Positions 1 through 10,999 of a stretch of DNA of 32,000 nucleotides are shown here, piece by piece. The stretch is from Candidatus Saccharimonadota bacterium (GTDB taxonomy: Bacteria; Patescibacteriota; Gracilibacteria; BD1-5; UBA2023). Within the stretch, counting starts at the first letter, position 1; the number at the start of each line of letters is the position of its first letter. A model generated the notes under the pieces. That model did not search any database, had not been told where the DNA came from, and saw only the letters and a program-made list of their open reading frames with translations. Position numbers and translations under genes: made by a program. The stretch lies in assembly GCA_963706795.1 (NCBI GenBank), contig OY970170.1:690001-722000 (forward strand), in the 5' to 3' direction.

Positions 1-1848
1 GAGTGGCAGATCCTTTCCTTTTGCCATAATCGAGTCGAGCTTACGGAAGACAAAATGTGCGTGCTCGCTTTCGTAGATCGACTGCCCGACGCAGATCTTT
101 GTGCCATAAAATTTATTGATTCCTTCAAAGCGTGAAGCGGTATTGACGGTGTCGCCGAGCGCAGTGTATTCAATCTTTTTCCCTTCACTTCCGATATTAC
201 CAACGACGGCCTGTCATTTGTTGAGACCCATACGGACAGAGATTTCAAAGCCAAATTGGGATTTGAATTTTTCGTTCATTTTCGCGATAGCTTCCTGTTG
301 CAGAATCGCTGACTTACAGGCGAGATAGGCCTGACGATCCTCGAGCCCGAAGGCTCCCCAGATCGCCATAACGGCATCACCTTCATATTTATTGACGAAT
401 CCCTGCTCGTGGATGATGATATTTGAGACTTCTTTGAGATATACTGAGAGGAAACTTACGAGCTCTTCTGGCTCCATGCGCTCCGAGATGGTTGTAAAGC
501 CAGCAATGTCTGAGAAAAAAAGCGTGACTTCTTTGCGGACTCCTCAGAGTTTTACTTCTTGATAATTGGAGAGTACGGCAGTTACGAGCTCTTCGGCTAA
601 GTATTGCGAGAGCGTATTTTTGAGAAGGCGCTTTCCTTTTTCTTCATAGATATATTTGTAACTCGTCACGGCGATCGCGGTGAGCACGACCACCATAATA
701 ATCTCAGTCGGGTGGAGGAAAATCTTGGATGACATACTAAACACCACCAGATAGAAAAATCCACCAATTGTCAGTGCAACAAATGAATACGCGAGCTGAT
801 AGATGCGATTTTCGACGTGCATCAAAAATAGTGTCAGTGCGAGTGCTAAAAAGAGGATGATGATATATTCACTTCCTTGAGAAACATACGAAAGAAAGGC
901 ACTATTGAGGATAGTATTGACGAGATTGAGATGCACATTTACTCCATATGTAATGCCAATCGGAGTAAAAAACTCGTCATGCAATGCGGTTGCGGTCGCT
1001 CCAATGAAGATAATTTTGTCCTTCACCAAAGCGGGATCAAAGGTGTCATTATAAATATCCACGAATGAGATCGTCGAGAACGAAAGATCTTTTGGGATGT
1101 AGTTTATAAGTACTTCGTTTTTGTTCGATTGAGAGAGGGGAATGTATTCATATTTTCCGGTATGAAATTTGAGATATCACTCATAGTCGAGAGCTCCAGT
1201 ATTGACGTTTGTATTGATCGCATTCGCTGTATCGAGATATGTTCGCATTGTTGCGAGCGAGAATGGCTCATATACTGTTCCACTGTTAGTCTTGATGATC
1301 GGCGCAATGCTATATACCAGACCATTCGTACTATCAAGAAGTGGCTGGAAGTATCCGATCGATTTTGCGGATTCGCGGAGTTTTTCGGTGGGATAGATGA
1401 GCTCTTCTCATTTGGAACTGCGAGCGATGGACATTCCAATGGTGACATTACCAGCTCGCTTGATAGCAGCTGCGAGAACATCATCGCCATCGGCCTTCTC
1501 AGAAAAAAGTACGTCTATTCCAATTGCGATCGCTCCATGCTTCATGAGGTTGTCGATCGCCTGGGCGTAGTACTCTCGTTTAAATTCTTGCCAGCGTCCA
1601 AGACCACCCCTGTCGCCATCAAGAAGCGTTCTATCATCGATCGCCACGAGCGATATACTCTGATTTCGCTCTCTTGGATGCCACGGGATCTCCATTGAGA
1701 AGAGAATATTTCGAATCCCGAGATTCGAATATCGTACGACCGTCGCAAACGGATAAATATTTGAGATGATTCCCACAACGAAGAGTACGAGCGTGGTGAT
1801 GAGTACTGAAAACAGCCACTTATTTCCGATGAGCGAACGATTTTTCAT
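1..1848 (-). CDS. CHASE2 sensor-domain class III adenylate/guanylate cyclase (C-terminus runs off window start), read with UGA=Gly
   Basis: ORF-track fragments 1408..1848, 544..1062 and 214..477 share one frame. I hand-translated the gaps and found only TGA (1408-1410, 1177-1179, 544-546, 214-216), with no TAA/TAG. The N-terminus has a TM helix and a CHASE2-like extracytoplasmic region (SLVAIDDRTL...GIDVLFSE). A block of hydrophobic helices follows, then cyclase-homology motifs FFSDIAGFT, YEGDAVMAIWG, VVGNIGS and YTALGDTVNTASRFE. Confidence 0.85.
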
Positions 1849-3185
1849 TATTTCCCAGAGGTAATGGAATCGATCGTACTATTGAAGTTTTTGATGTCCC
1901 GCATGATACTGTCTGTGTCGAGCTTAAAGGTTTTTTGTGCCCATTCGGTATCTGAGAGAATATCAAATCCTGTCATTTTCTTCCATTCGGCGATTTGTGC
2001 ATTAAAGGCGTCGGTGATCGATTTTGGAAGAGCATCCTGAATAGACTTGAGGTCTGTCGCATTTGCTCCGTTTTTGATGTATTCTTCAATACTCTGACGG
2101 AGTTTTTGTGTGCGCTCTGGTGAGTCCTGTGCCATACTTGCCCAGCTCTCATAGAGGGCCGCACGAGCAAAGTAGTCTTGGTATTGCGCGCGTTCGCTTG
2201 CAGGGATGATTTTTTCGAGAACATCACGAACGGCGATTTTTGCATCGACGTTCGCTCCAGTATCCTGAAGCCCTGAGAGTACTTCGTAGATAGCATAGAC
2301 CGACTGTGCATCCTGACCACCGAGCTGAGCTACCTTTTTAGGATCCACGAGGATCTTGATATTGCTTCATTCAGAAGATACCGTAAATGGCAGTTCGGCC
2401 GTCGGCATTCCAAAGAAATTTCTGAGGATAAATTGGAGCTTTTCGACATCGGAGACATTGTTATAGTCGTCGATCAGCTTTTTAAATTGCGTGAGGCGTT
2501 GAATAGAGAGCTTATCGTCTTCGCTGAGATTGAGTGTATTCCATACAAGATCGAGAGCGCCTGGTGGAATATTATTCAAGACATTATTGATATCGACGCT
2601 TGAACCGGCTGTGACTTGATTGAGCACGGTTCCACTGTTGTCGGCAATCGTAATTGCGTGGTCTACTGTATGGACATAGCCTTGTTCAGTATTGATTTCA
2701 AAGACTGTTCCGCGGACTGCGGCGATCTTGGTGTCATTGTCGAATCGTTCCTCAAAATGCGAATCAGGATCGAGATAGCGAGCAATATTTGACCAAGTTT
2801 TTCCTTCAGTAAGTGAAAAATTAACCTTTGTTGCATTGTTTTGCTCTTTTTTGAGCTCATTGATCGAGATATTTGTCTGCTCAGCCAGGCGTGTGACGCT
2901 TCCATCAGGCCAAAAAAGTGTCGCAGTGGACTGTGCAAGGGTACGAATACGATCGTTTTCCTGAATATTAAACCGATCATGGATCTCGAGTGTCTTGCTC
3001 GTATCTCATCGTCTGACGATCACTTTTCACTCAGTACAGAGCACGTACGGGTCAATACGCGTCACGCTGATGCTTCTCCCAGAAGTCCGAGAGACGTCTA
3101 CAAAGAGTAAAAATACAATAGACGCAACGAGTGCGACGATCAGCGTGGAGACAAAATTCCGTCGAAAGAATGTCGAAATGCGCAT
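1848..3185 (-). CDS. FecR-domain membrane-anchored protein, co-operonic with the CHASE2 cyclase
   Basis: I hand-translated from the ATG at 3183-3185, which has an in-frame TAA just upstream. The N-terminus has a TM helix (LIVALVASIVFLLFV). FecR-like motifs are present (LFWPDGSVTRLAEQTNISI, IAAVRGTVFEI). There are three in-frame TGA (3027-3029, 3006-3008, 2367-2369). The TAA stop at 1848-1850 overlaps the cyclase ATG (1846-1848) by 1 nt. Confidence 0.7.
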
Positions 3186-3259
3186 GTCGAATTAGAAAAA
3201 AGCAAAGTTTTGGGTATTGTACACGAAAGTTTTTCCCCCACAAGCACGTGAATCCTCGG

Positions 3260-3655
3260 ATGCAATATATTCTCGCTCTTCTCATCCTCGTAATTGTCTA
3301 CGAGGTATATTTGGTCGTGTACTATAAATATCAGGATTTCCAGGTAAATACCTATATGCAGAGCCTCGAATGAGAGAATCTGCATATCTATGATTCGATC
3401 GAAAAAAAGAAGGAATACTTCGCTTCAGTTCAGACAAACGCCTATCTTGATCGCATCATGAAGGGTTCACAAAATCGCAAAAATCCAGGCGAAGAAGCAA
3501 TATTTCTCATCGACGAGAAAGAAGTCGCCGACTACAAAAAACTCGACACAACCGAGATTATTCTCTCAGCCAAAAAAGATCTTGCCAAAACCTATGGTAT
3601 GAGCAATAGAGAGAAGTGGGTGTATTATTTCTTAGGTGTAGATACGCGGGATTAG
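3260..3655 (+). CDS. Small single-pass membrane protein, possibly DivIC/FtsB-like septum formation initiator
   Basis: The gene starts at ATG 3260 and joins ORF fragments 3131..3373 and 3458..3655 (same frame) across TGA 3371-3373. It ends at TAG. The N-terminus has a TM helix (ILALLILVIVYEVYLVVYY), followed by a coiled-coil-like stretch and a ...NAYLDRIMKGSQNRKNPGEEAIFLI segment that resembles the FtsB/DivIC C-terminal motif. The function is a weak call. Confidence 0.45.
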
Positions 3656-3862
3656 AGGGAGGCTCAAAATAACTTCGAACTTCATGCTTAAAACTGTGCT
3701 CCTTGTTTGGAGTACTTGCCAGTACACCAAACTGCGGTGCTCGTTTTGCACATGAATTTCTTTGTTCTTTTGAGCCTCAGTGGATATTGTTGTCTCTTGA
3801 ATCGGTCACGGCCGCGCTGCGATGGGAGATTTTGTAGGATTGAGCATTTAACACAATCAAGT

Positions 3863-4594
3863 ATGAAAAAATTCGGAATCCTTGTTCTTGTGTTTTTGCT
3901 TGCTTCATGTGCATCTGAGAGAGTGCCACTTGGCGAGACAGCAAAAGAGTCATCGCAAGAGACCATAAAAGCATCATCTGGATGAGTCGTAAATAAGCCT
4001 CCAGTTTTTTGAACGCTTAAATGTGAACGAAAGAGCGGTGTCGAATCAAACTGGACAGATATATATAAAAAAGATATTGATCCAAGCTATCCAAGCGGAG
4101 TTTGGCTCGTCGAAAAATGTGCGGATGAGGGCGAACAGTGAATGATCGCCCTATTGACTCGTACATATTGGGATCCTGTATTTGTGCGGCGCCTTTGACA
4201 CCAGTGAATACTTCAAGAGGCAAAAACTGCATATGTTGGTTTTCAGAAACTTGGGAATTTCTATGGAGGACATAGTAATCTTGAGTCTATTCTGCGAAAA
4301 GTATCACAAAATGATGCATCAAAACAGGGCTTCCGTAAGCGAAATGGTGATACTATAAGTGTCCAGTTCTATAATTTTATTCTCGCAACTGAGACAAAAA
4401 ATTACCTTAAAAAGCAAAAAAATATTTCCTACTGCGAACGACAGGGCTATTCGGAGCAGCCAATTTGTGTAGCCGATATCGAACTCGAATATAATTTCGT
4501 CACGAATATTGTTCGTGAAAAGAAGGTATGTACGTACTACATAGATGGTGTCTCTGAGTCCAAAAAGGTTCTCGAGCCGTGTATTACCTTCTAA
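3863..4594 (+). CDS. Hypothetical Cys-rich lipoprotein
   Basis: The ATG at 3863 gives MKKFGILVLVFLLASC, a signal peptide with an L-A-S-C lipobox. The frame stays open for 243 codons to TAA 4592-4594 if five in-frame TGA (3983, 4010, 4139, 4196, 4205) are read as sense. I found no TAA/TAG on hand translation and recognise no family. Confidence 0.7.
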
Positions 4595-4601
4595 ATATAA
4601 T

Positions 4602-4625
4602 AAATCCCCTCATTTGAGGGGATTT
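4602..4625. terminator. Bidirectional intrinsic terminator hairpin between convergent lipoprotein gene and ssb
   Basis: The sequence aaatcccctc-attt-gaggggattt forms a perfect 10-bp stem. It is flanked by A/T runs on both sides. Confidence 0.7.
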
Positions 4626-4643
4626 ATTATTCAGGCACTTAGC

Positions 4644-5108
4644 CTAGAACGGAATATCTTCGATGTGGATTTCTTCTTCGATCTTTGGGGCTTTCTTAGA
4701 CTTTGCTGCAGGAGCCGAGTCCATGCCTTCTGATGATGAGTATCCGCTGTCTCCCATGCTGTCGTCACCTCCTGCCGCTCCACCTGAGAGCATAATGAGA
4801 TTGTCGCATACGATTTCAGTTCGATATTTCTTAACACCAGCCTGATCGTCCCAGCTTCGAGTCTGAAGGTATCCTTCAATGTAGACCTTCTTTCCCTTTG
4901 CGAGGTACTGTTCTGCAATTCCTGCGAGTCCTCGCCATGCAACGATGTTGTGGAACTCAACCTGTTCTTGCTTCATTCCTGCTGTATCTTTCCATACGCG
5001 ATTTGTAGCAACTGAGAAAGTTGCAACCTTCTGTCCGTTCGGTGTCTCGCGGACTTCTGGATTGGCCGTGAGATTCCCGATAATTTGAACCTTATTCAAA
5101 GAGTTCAT
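4644..5108 (-). CDS. ssb: Single-stranded DNA-binding protein
   Basis: This is an intact 154-aa ORF. It has an OB-fold SSB N-terminus (MNSLNKVQIIGNLTANPEVRETPNGQKVATFSVATNR...FHNIVAWRGLAE), a Gly/Ser-rich linker and the canonical acidic tail ending DIPF. It contains no TGA. Confidence 0.97.
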   Translation of the reverse strand: MNSLNKVQIIGNLTANPEVRETPNGQKVATFSVATNRVWKDTAGMKQEQVEFHNIVAWRGLAGIAEQYLAKGKKVYIEGYLQTRSWDDQAGVKKYRTEIVCDNLIMLSGGAAGGDDSMGDSGYSSSEGMDSAPAAKSKKAPKIEEEIHIEDIPF

Positions 5109-5220
5109 GACTATAAAAAAAAGAGCTAAAAGTTTGCGCTACGACATATCATAAAAAAAAACAGCAATAGATCAAGCAGGGTTATTTGCGCAGAAGGAAT
5201 GTCTGTGATAGCATGCCAGT

Positions 5221-6405
5221 ATGAAGGCATTGCTTCGAGCTATTCCCGTTCTTGTTTTTCTCCTCTTTGTACTCATCGACGGAGTATTTTTTGTGGCCGG
5301 ACTTGGTATTTTTGGTTTTCCAGAAATGTTTCAAGAGTATCTGGGCGCGAGTTTTTTTGCGATTTGGGCGATGGTGCAGATTGCGGTGCTCTTTGTGATC
5401 ATGCAATTTATTTATGTACGTCCGATTGCGATGCTCAGGCATGAGATTGCATATTTTTTGGCGGGAGCACGACAGACAAATCGACTCGATGATATTCCAC
5501 TCAATCCAGATCTCGCATATGTTGCGAGTTTTTTTCATCGCAGTCTCGAGATCCTTCGTAACTTTAAAGAAGAATTCCAATCTGGGCGTGTTCTTCGTTC
5601 TGAGGTCGAGCTTGCCGCCGATATCCAAAAGCACGTACTTAAAAAGTCATATCCAAAAGTGCCGCTTCTTGATATTGTTGCTGATACCAAGAGTGCTACA
5701 GAAGTAGGTGGCGATAGCTATGATATTATCACGCAGGGCGACAATACATATATCTATCTTGGTGACGTTACGGGGCACGGCGTGGCATCTGGATTTGTCA
5801 TGATGGTGGTGAATGCGCTCATATCGGGATTTTCAAAAATGCTTGTCAGTTCGGCCGAAATTATTGCTCGAACTAACGAAATCCTCAAGCCGCGAGTAAA
5901 ATCTAATATGCTCATGTCGCTTCTCATGGTGCGCTGGAATGAGTCAGAACGCAAGCTCTATATGACTGGTGCCGGCCACGAATACCTCATTATTTACAAG
6001 AAAAAACAAAACGAAGTCTACAAAGTAAAATCTGGAGGTGTTGCTCTCGGTATTACTAAAGACGTCTCAAAAATCCTTAAAGAAGTCCAGATTTCGTTCG
6101 AGCCAGGAGACTGTATTGTACTCTATACCGACGGTATCACTGAAGCCCGCAACGGAAACAAAGAATCTAATCTCATGTTTACGGTTGATCGTCTCGTCCA
6201 GACAGTGAAAGATGCAGGTGATAAAACGGCACATGGACTCTTTCGCCACATAACAATTGAGCTGTCGAAGTTCATGGGCTATAACCATAAACAATTTGAT
6301 GATATAACCCTCATCGTAGCTCATTACAGAGGTGATACTCCATCGGATCCTGAGCTCACGCGAGACATCGAAAAGGAATATATTACCGAATGGAATTGGC
6401 ACTAA
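5221..6405 (+). CDS. Membrane-anchored SpoIIE/PP2C-family (RsbU-like) serine phosphatase
   Basis: This is an intact 394-aa ORF. It has two N-terminal hydrophobic helices and a HAMP-like linker. A PPM/SpoIIE domain follows, with motifs ATEVGGDSYDI, YLGDVTGHGVASG, MTGAGHEYLIIY, VLYTDGITEA and DDITLIV. Confidence 0.9.
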   Translation: MKALLRAIPVLVFLLFVLIDGVFFVAGLGIFGFPEMFQEYLGASFFAIWAMVQIAVLFVIMQFIYVRPIAMLRHEIAYFLAGARQTNRLDDIPLNPDLAYVASFFHRSLEILRNFKEEFQSGRVLRSEVELAADIQKHVLKKSYPKVPLLDIVADTKSATEVGGDSYDIITQGDNTYIYLGDVTGHGVASGFVMMVVNALISGFSKMLVSSAEIIARTNEILKPRVKSNMLMSLLMVRWNESERKLYMTGAGHEYLIIYKKKQNEVYKVKSGGVALGITKDVSKILKEVQISFEPGDCIVLYTDGITEARNGNKESNLMFTVDRLVQTVKDAGDKTAHGLFRHITIELSKFMGYNHKQFDDITLIVAHYRGDTPSDPELTRDIEKEYITEWNWH

Positions 6406-6506
6406 ATCTTGAGCAGACCATGTTCCTCCTTCGTGTAAAGGTAAAAGCCCTGTCCATCTTTGCCTTTCGACGCTTCACTTGCTAGAATAGAACCAATACA
6501 ATCCAT

Positions 6507-8456
6507 ATGTCAGATACTCAATCAGTTCTCCTTGAACTCGTCGCAAAAAACTATACTGGTGATGCAGAAGGCCACGAAAAGCCTCTCTATGATCGAAGTG
6601 TCGCAGCAGTTCTCGCTCCCGAAACCATCTCTACTCCGGTTGCTTCGACTCCAGTTCCCGATATTTCTGAGTCTCCGTCTGACATAGAAGTCTACGATCC
6701 CAAAAAGAAACTCACGAAAGAAGAAGCTGACGCGATCCGCAAAGGTGAAAAAGAATACCAAGAAGCGCTCGCATTTATTAAGGATACGATTTCACCATCG
6801 ATGATGAAGGTCGATGCACGTCAGATCCAGATCGGAGACACTTATATCCGATCGGTTTTCACGTACGCATATCCAGACTTCCTCGAAGGAAACTGGCTTT
6901 CTCCGCTCATCAACTGGGACATCAAGTTCGACATGTCGATGTTCATCTATCCGATCGAAGGAGCATTCGTGATGAAATTCCTCAAAAAACGTCTTACTGA
7001 ACTCTACTCAGAGCGCTCGATCAATATGGATAAGGGTCTCATCTCAGATCCGGCACTCGATGCACAAATCCAAGACGTTGAAGAACTCCGCGGAAGTCTC
7101 ACGCGTGGTCAGGAGCGATATTTTCACTTCTCGATCTACGTAACTGTCTACGGCGATAGCGAAGAACACCTTAAAAAGCTCAGCAATACCTTTGATTCGC
7201 TTCTCTCAGGACGAAATATTCTCACGAAGCAGGCATTTCTCCGTACTGAGCAGGCCTTTATTGCAACGGGGCCATTTTGTAAGGACGAGGTTGGTGTCTA
7301 CCGTAATATCTCAACGAAGGGTCTCTCGACGACTTTCCCATTTACTTCGAGTTCACTCTCGCAGGATGATGGTATTCTCTACGGTATCAATACGCACAAC
7401 AATTCACTCGTCATTTTCGATCGATTTAAAACCGAAAACGCAAATATGGTCGTTTTCGCCAAATCTGGTTGAGGAAAGTCGTTTGCTGTAAAACTCGAAA
7501 TCCTCCGCTCGCTCATGCTCGGAACTGACGTTATTGTCATCGACCCAGAAAACGAGTACAAAGCTCTCGTCGATACTGTTGGTGGAAGTTATCTCAATAT
7601 CAATCTCAATTCGAACGAGCGCATCAATCCATTCGACTTGCCCCGTGCGATGAAGGATACTGAGACAAAACCAGGTGACCTCCTTCGAGGTTCGATCATC
7701 AATCTCATTGGCCTCATGAATCTCATGCTCGGCAAATGTACGCCAAGCGAAGAAGCCATTCTCGAAAAAGCCCTTACAACTGTCTACTCACTCAAGGGTA
7801 TTACCTACCAAGATGACGATGTAACCGGCAAAGAAATCCCTGTGATGAAGGATCTCTACTCGGTTCTTGAGACTATGGATGGTGGAAAAGGTCTCTGTGA
7901 GCGCCTCGAAAAATATGTCTATGGAGTATTTGCTGGAGTCTTCTCCGAGCAGACAAATATCTCGATGAATGACGGACTTATGGTTTTCTCAGTGCGTGAT
8001 CTCGATGAGATTCTTCGTCCTGTTGCCATGTACATCCTCCTCGGTTACGTCTGGAATGTTACGCGTTCTGCTCAAAAAAAACGTCTCCTCGTCGTAGACG
8101 AAGCCTGGAATATCATGCAGCATGAGGACAGTGCTAAATTCCTCTTCGGTCTCGTTAAGCGAGCTCGTAAATACGGACTTGGGGTTACTACGATCACACA
8201 GGATGTCGAGGACTTCATGGGCTCAAGCTACGGAAAGGCGATCGTGACGAACTCTTCGATCCAGCTCCTGCTCAAGCAATCTCCCGCTTCGATCGATGTG
8301 CTCCAAAATGTATTTAAGCTCACCGACCAAGAAAAATACATCCTCCTCAATGCCGCAGTCGGAAGCGGACTCTTCTTTGCCAGCAATGAACATGTCGGTA
8401 TTCAGGTTCTCGCGAGTTATTTTGAAGAAAAAGTAGTCACCACAAAGCCAGGATAA
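6507..8456 (+). CDS. VirB4/TrsE-family (AAA_10-like) secretion/conjugation-type ATPase
   Basis: ORF fragments 6507..7472 and 7515..8456 are in the same frame. The single interruption is TGA 7470-7472, inside the Walker A motif (VVFAKSG-[TGA]-GKS). Walker B is LLVVDEAW and a TQ sensor is present (TTITQDVEDF). The N-terminal half resembles VirB4/TraC-type proteins. Confidence 0.85.
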
Positions 8457-8606
8457 GAGATTTTCGTAAAACGCGATCTTTGCGCTCAGGCTTTACGTTT
8501 CCTCGTTCAACGTACAGTCGTACGTCTCACTCCGGTACGCAGTCTTCGCACAAATCTCATCGTTTTTCGAGAAATCTCGGCACACTTGTTCGATATATTT
8601 GTTGTT

Positions 8607-9197
8607 ATGAAAAACTCACTCGTTCTCGTGGGAGGTGGCGATGCCTTCGATACAGATGAAGAATATCTCGCTTCTCTTGCGCAGATACCGTGGGCGATTG
8701 CTCCGTATAACTGACAAAAGAAGCGTTGGCGAGTAAATATTGCTGACAAATATCGTGTACTCACCGATGTCTACATGCCCGAGCTTCCTTGTAAGCAAAA
8801 TGCAAAATATCGTGAATGGAAGCTCCTCTTTGATCAGCTTGCTTCTGGCTTAAACGAAAAAACTATCTATGTTGGACATTCGCTTGGAGCGAATTTCCTC
8901 GCAAAATATTTCTACGAATCCGGCAAGCACGGCAAAACCCTTCATCTCGTTGCTGGATGCTATGGGCTCGGTGGTGGATTTGATTTGCCGGATGATCTTT
9001 CGGTGCTTCATGACCAGTTCGACGCTGTCCATCTTTGGCAATCAACGGATGATATGGTGGTTGGATTCGATGACTTCCAAAAATATAAGACCTCACTTCC
9101 AAAGGCGATCCCACATGTATTTGATGACCGTGGACACTTCAGTACCGAGACATTTCCCGAACTCGAAGAGCTCATTACAGCCGAAATCGACGACTAA
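8607..9197 (+). CDS. Small alpha/beta-fold serine hydrolase (YdeN-like)
   Basis: ATG 8607 is in frame with ORF 8775..9197 across TGA 8712-8714. The nucleophile elbow is GHSLG. Later D and H candidates are WQSTDDMVV and FDDRGHF. The product is about 196 aa. Confidence 0.7.
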
Positions 9198-9229
9198 AAT
9201 AATCCCTCAGGAATTCCTGAGGGATTATT
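9198..9229. terminator. Bidirectional intrinsic terminator between convergent hydrolase gene and argS
   Basis: The sequence aataatccctcagg-aatt-cctgagggattatt is a perfect palindrome. It is flanked by an A-run and a T-run. Confidence 0.75.
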
Positions 9230-10999
9230 TTACATCTCACTTGGCATGTCGATTGCGAGTATTTCGAATGCTTTTTTGAGTGTTTCTGCGGTTTTCTCTA
9301 CGAGCGAGAGTCGGAAGGCACGAAGCGCTTCGTTTGATTCTTCGAGAAGTTTTGGTGTGTGAACGTAAAAAGTACTGAATGTCGTCGCGAGTTCGTAGGC
9401 GTAGATCGCGAGGAGGTGAGGTTTATATTTTTCGGTTACTGCACGCACGCTCTCTTCAAATCGAGCGAGCTTTAAGAGAAGGAGGCGATCAAATTCGCTT
9501 GTTTCGACATCTGCGAGAGTATCCCATTTGATTCCTGCTTCTTGTGCTTTTGCGAGAACTTTGGTAGCGCGAACATAGGCGTACTGGATGTATGGACCAG
9601 AGTGACCTTCAAAATTGAGAGCTTTATCCCAGTCGAAGGTGATGTCCTTTTCGCGGTCTTGCATGAGATAGGAGTACTTGATAGCCCCTACTGCAATAGC
9701 TTGGATATCAGTGTCCTTGAGATTTGAGCCCTTGGATTCGATAATGGCTTTGGTGCGATCAAATCATTCATCTAAAAGCTTGTCGAGGAAGATCACTGTA
9801 CCATGTCGTGTCGACATTGCTCCTTCCTTGAGCCTGATGTATCCGTTAAAAGCATGGAAGAGTTCGACGCCTTCGGTGAGCTCTGGCCATGCCATATGTG
9901 CAATAGCAAAAGCCTGGCGCATATGAAGTTGTTGGCGAATGTCGATACAATAGATGAGTTTCGATGGATTCCATCCGTTTGTGAGGCGGTATTTGATAGC
10001 GGCAAGATCCGATGTCAGATAGAGACCGGTTCCATCCTTTTTTTGAAGTACACATGATGGAATTTTGGATTCTTCCGAAAATACTACTCCGACTGAGCCA
10101 TCCTCATTCTGTGTGGCGATGCCCTTCTCGACGAGTTCTCGAACGATGGACTTCATGTCGAATTCTAATTCGGGGTAGTCCTCATTATTTGGCCGAGGAA
10201 GCCCCATTCCTTCATAAAAACTCTCTCCTATATTGTAGGTCGCCTGAACATTCAGGACCCTGAGCTGGATCTCAATTGCCTGGATGGATATCTCAGTAAA
10301 CCATTTCCAAAGGTGCACTGACTCTGTGTTTCATTCCGCAAGGAGTCGGAATTCGAGCCTGCAGGCTTCATCGATTACTCCAGAAGTGTCTTCGTCAATG
10401 AGTTTCGTTGCTTTTTGGTAGAGCTCAACGAGGTAATATGAACCTCGTTCTGTGATCTGTAGGTCACTCTCTGTCTGCGTTGCGCAGACTGCATTATTTT
10501 TATATGCCCAGAGAATCTTACCAAAGACGCCCCCCCAATCACCAAAATGTGAGTCTCCAATGACTTCGTATCCAAGATAATCGTGTGCATTTATCAGTGC
10601 CTGACCGATACAAGGAGTACAAATATGGGCGATATGGAGCGGTTTTCCAGCATTTGCGCCTATATAGTCCACCACCATAGTCTCGCCATTTGGCTTCATA
10701 GCCTCTGTGCTAAGCTTCTCAAGAAGCTTACGGGTGAGTTCTTCGCCAAGTTTTACGTTTACATATCCACCCATTCCCTGGGCAGATATAAATCGTGGAT
10801 CGGCAGCAATTACTGCCGCGAGCTTTGTCGAAATAGCATTTGGTGCCTCGCGGAGAGTTTTTGACAGTCCGAAGATATTGATAGCGACATCGCCTAACTC
10901 AGCCTTGGGAGGCTGATCAAACGAAAGCGATGTTGTGTCGATTTGGTCTCCAAAGGAGTTTTTCACAATATCTTGTAGTATGTCTCTCAAAATGTGCAT
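9230..10999 (-). CDS. argS: Arginine--tRNA ligase
   Basis: Fragments 10331..10999, 9764..10318 and 9230..9664 share one frame. They are joined across TGA 10331-10333 and 9764-9766, and the gaps I hand-translated contain no TAA/TAG. A HIGH-like motif (PLHIAHI) and an MSTR motif (GAMSTRHG) are present. The DALR anticodon-binding C-terminus ends in ...PSEM. Confidence 0.95.

Noticed and set aside
1104-1698. ORFs 1104..1490(-), 1129..1698(+) and 1202..1396(+)
   Set aside because: They overlap the CHASE2 region of the cyclase gene in other frames or strands and have no motifs. The cyclase frame is continuous across TGA.
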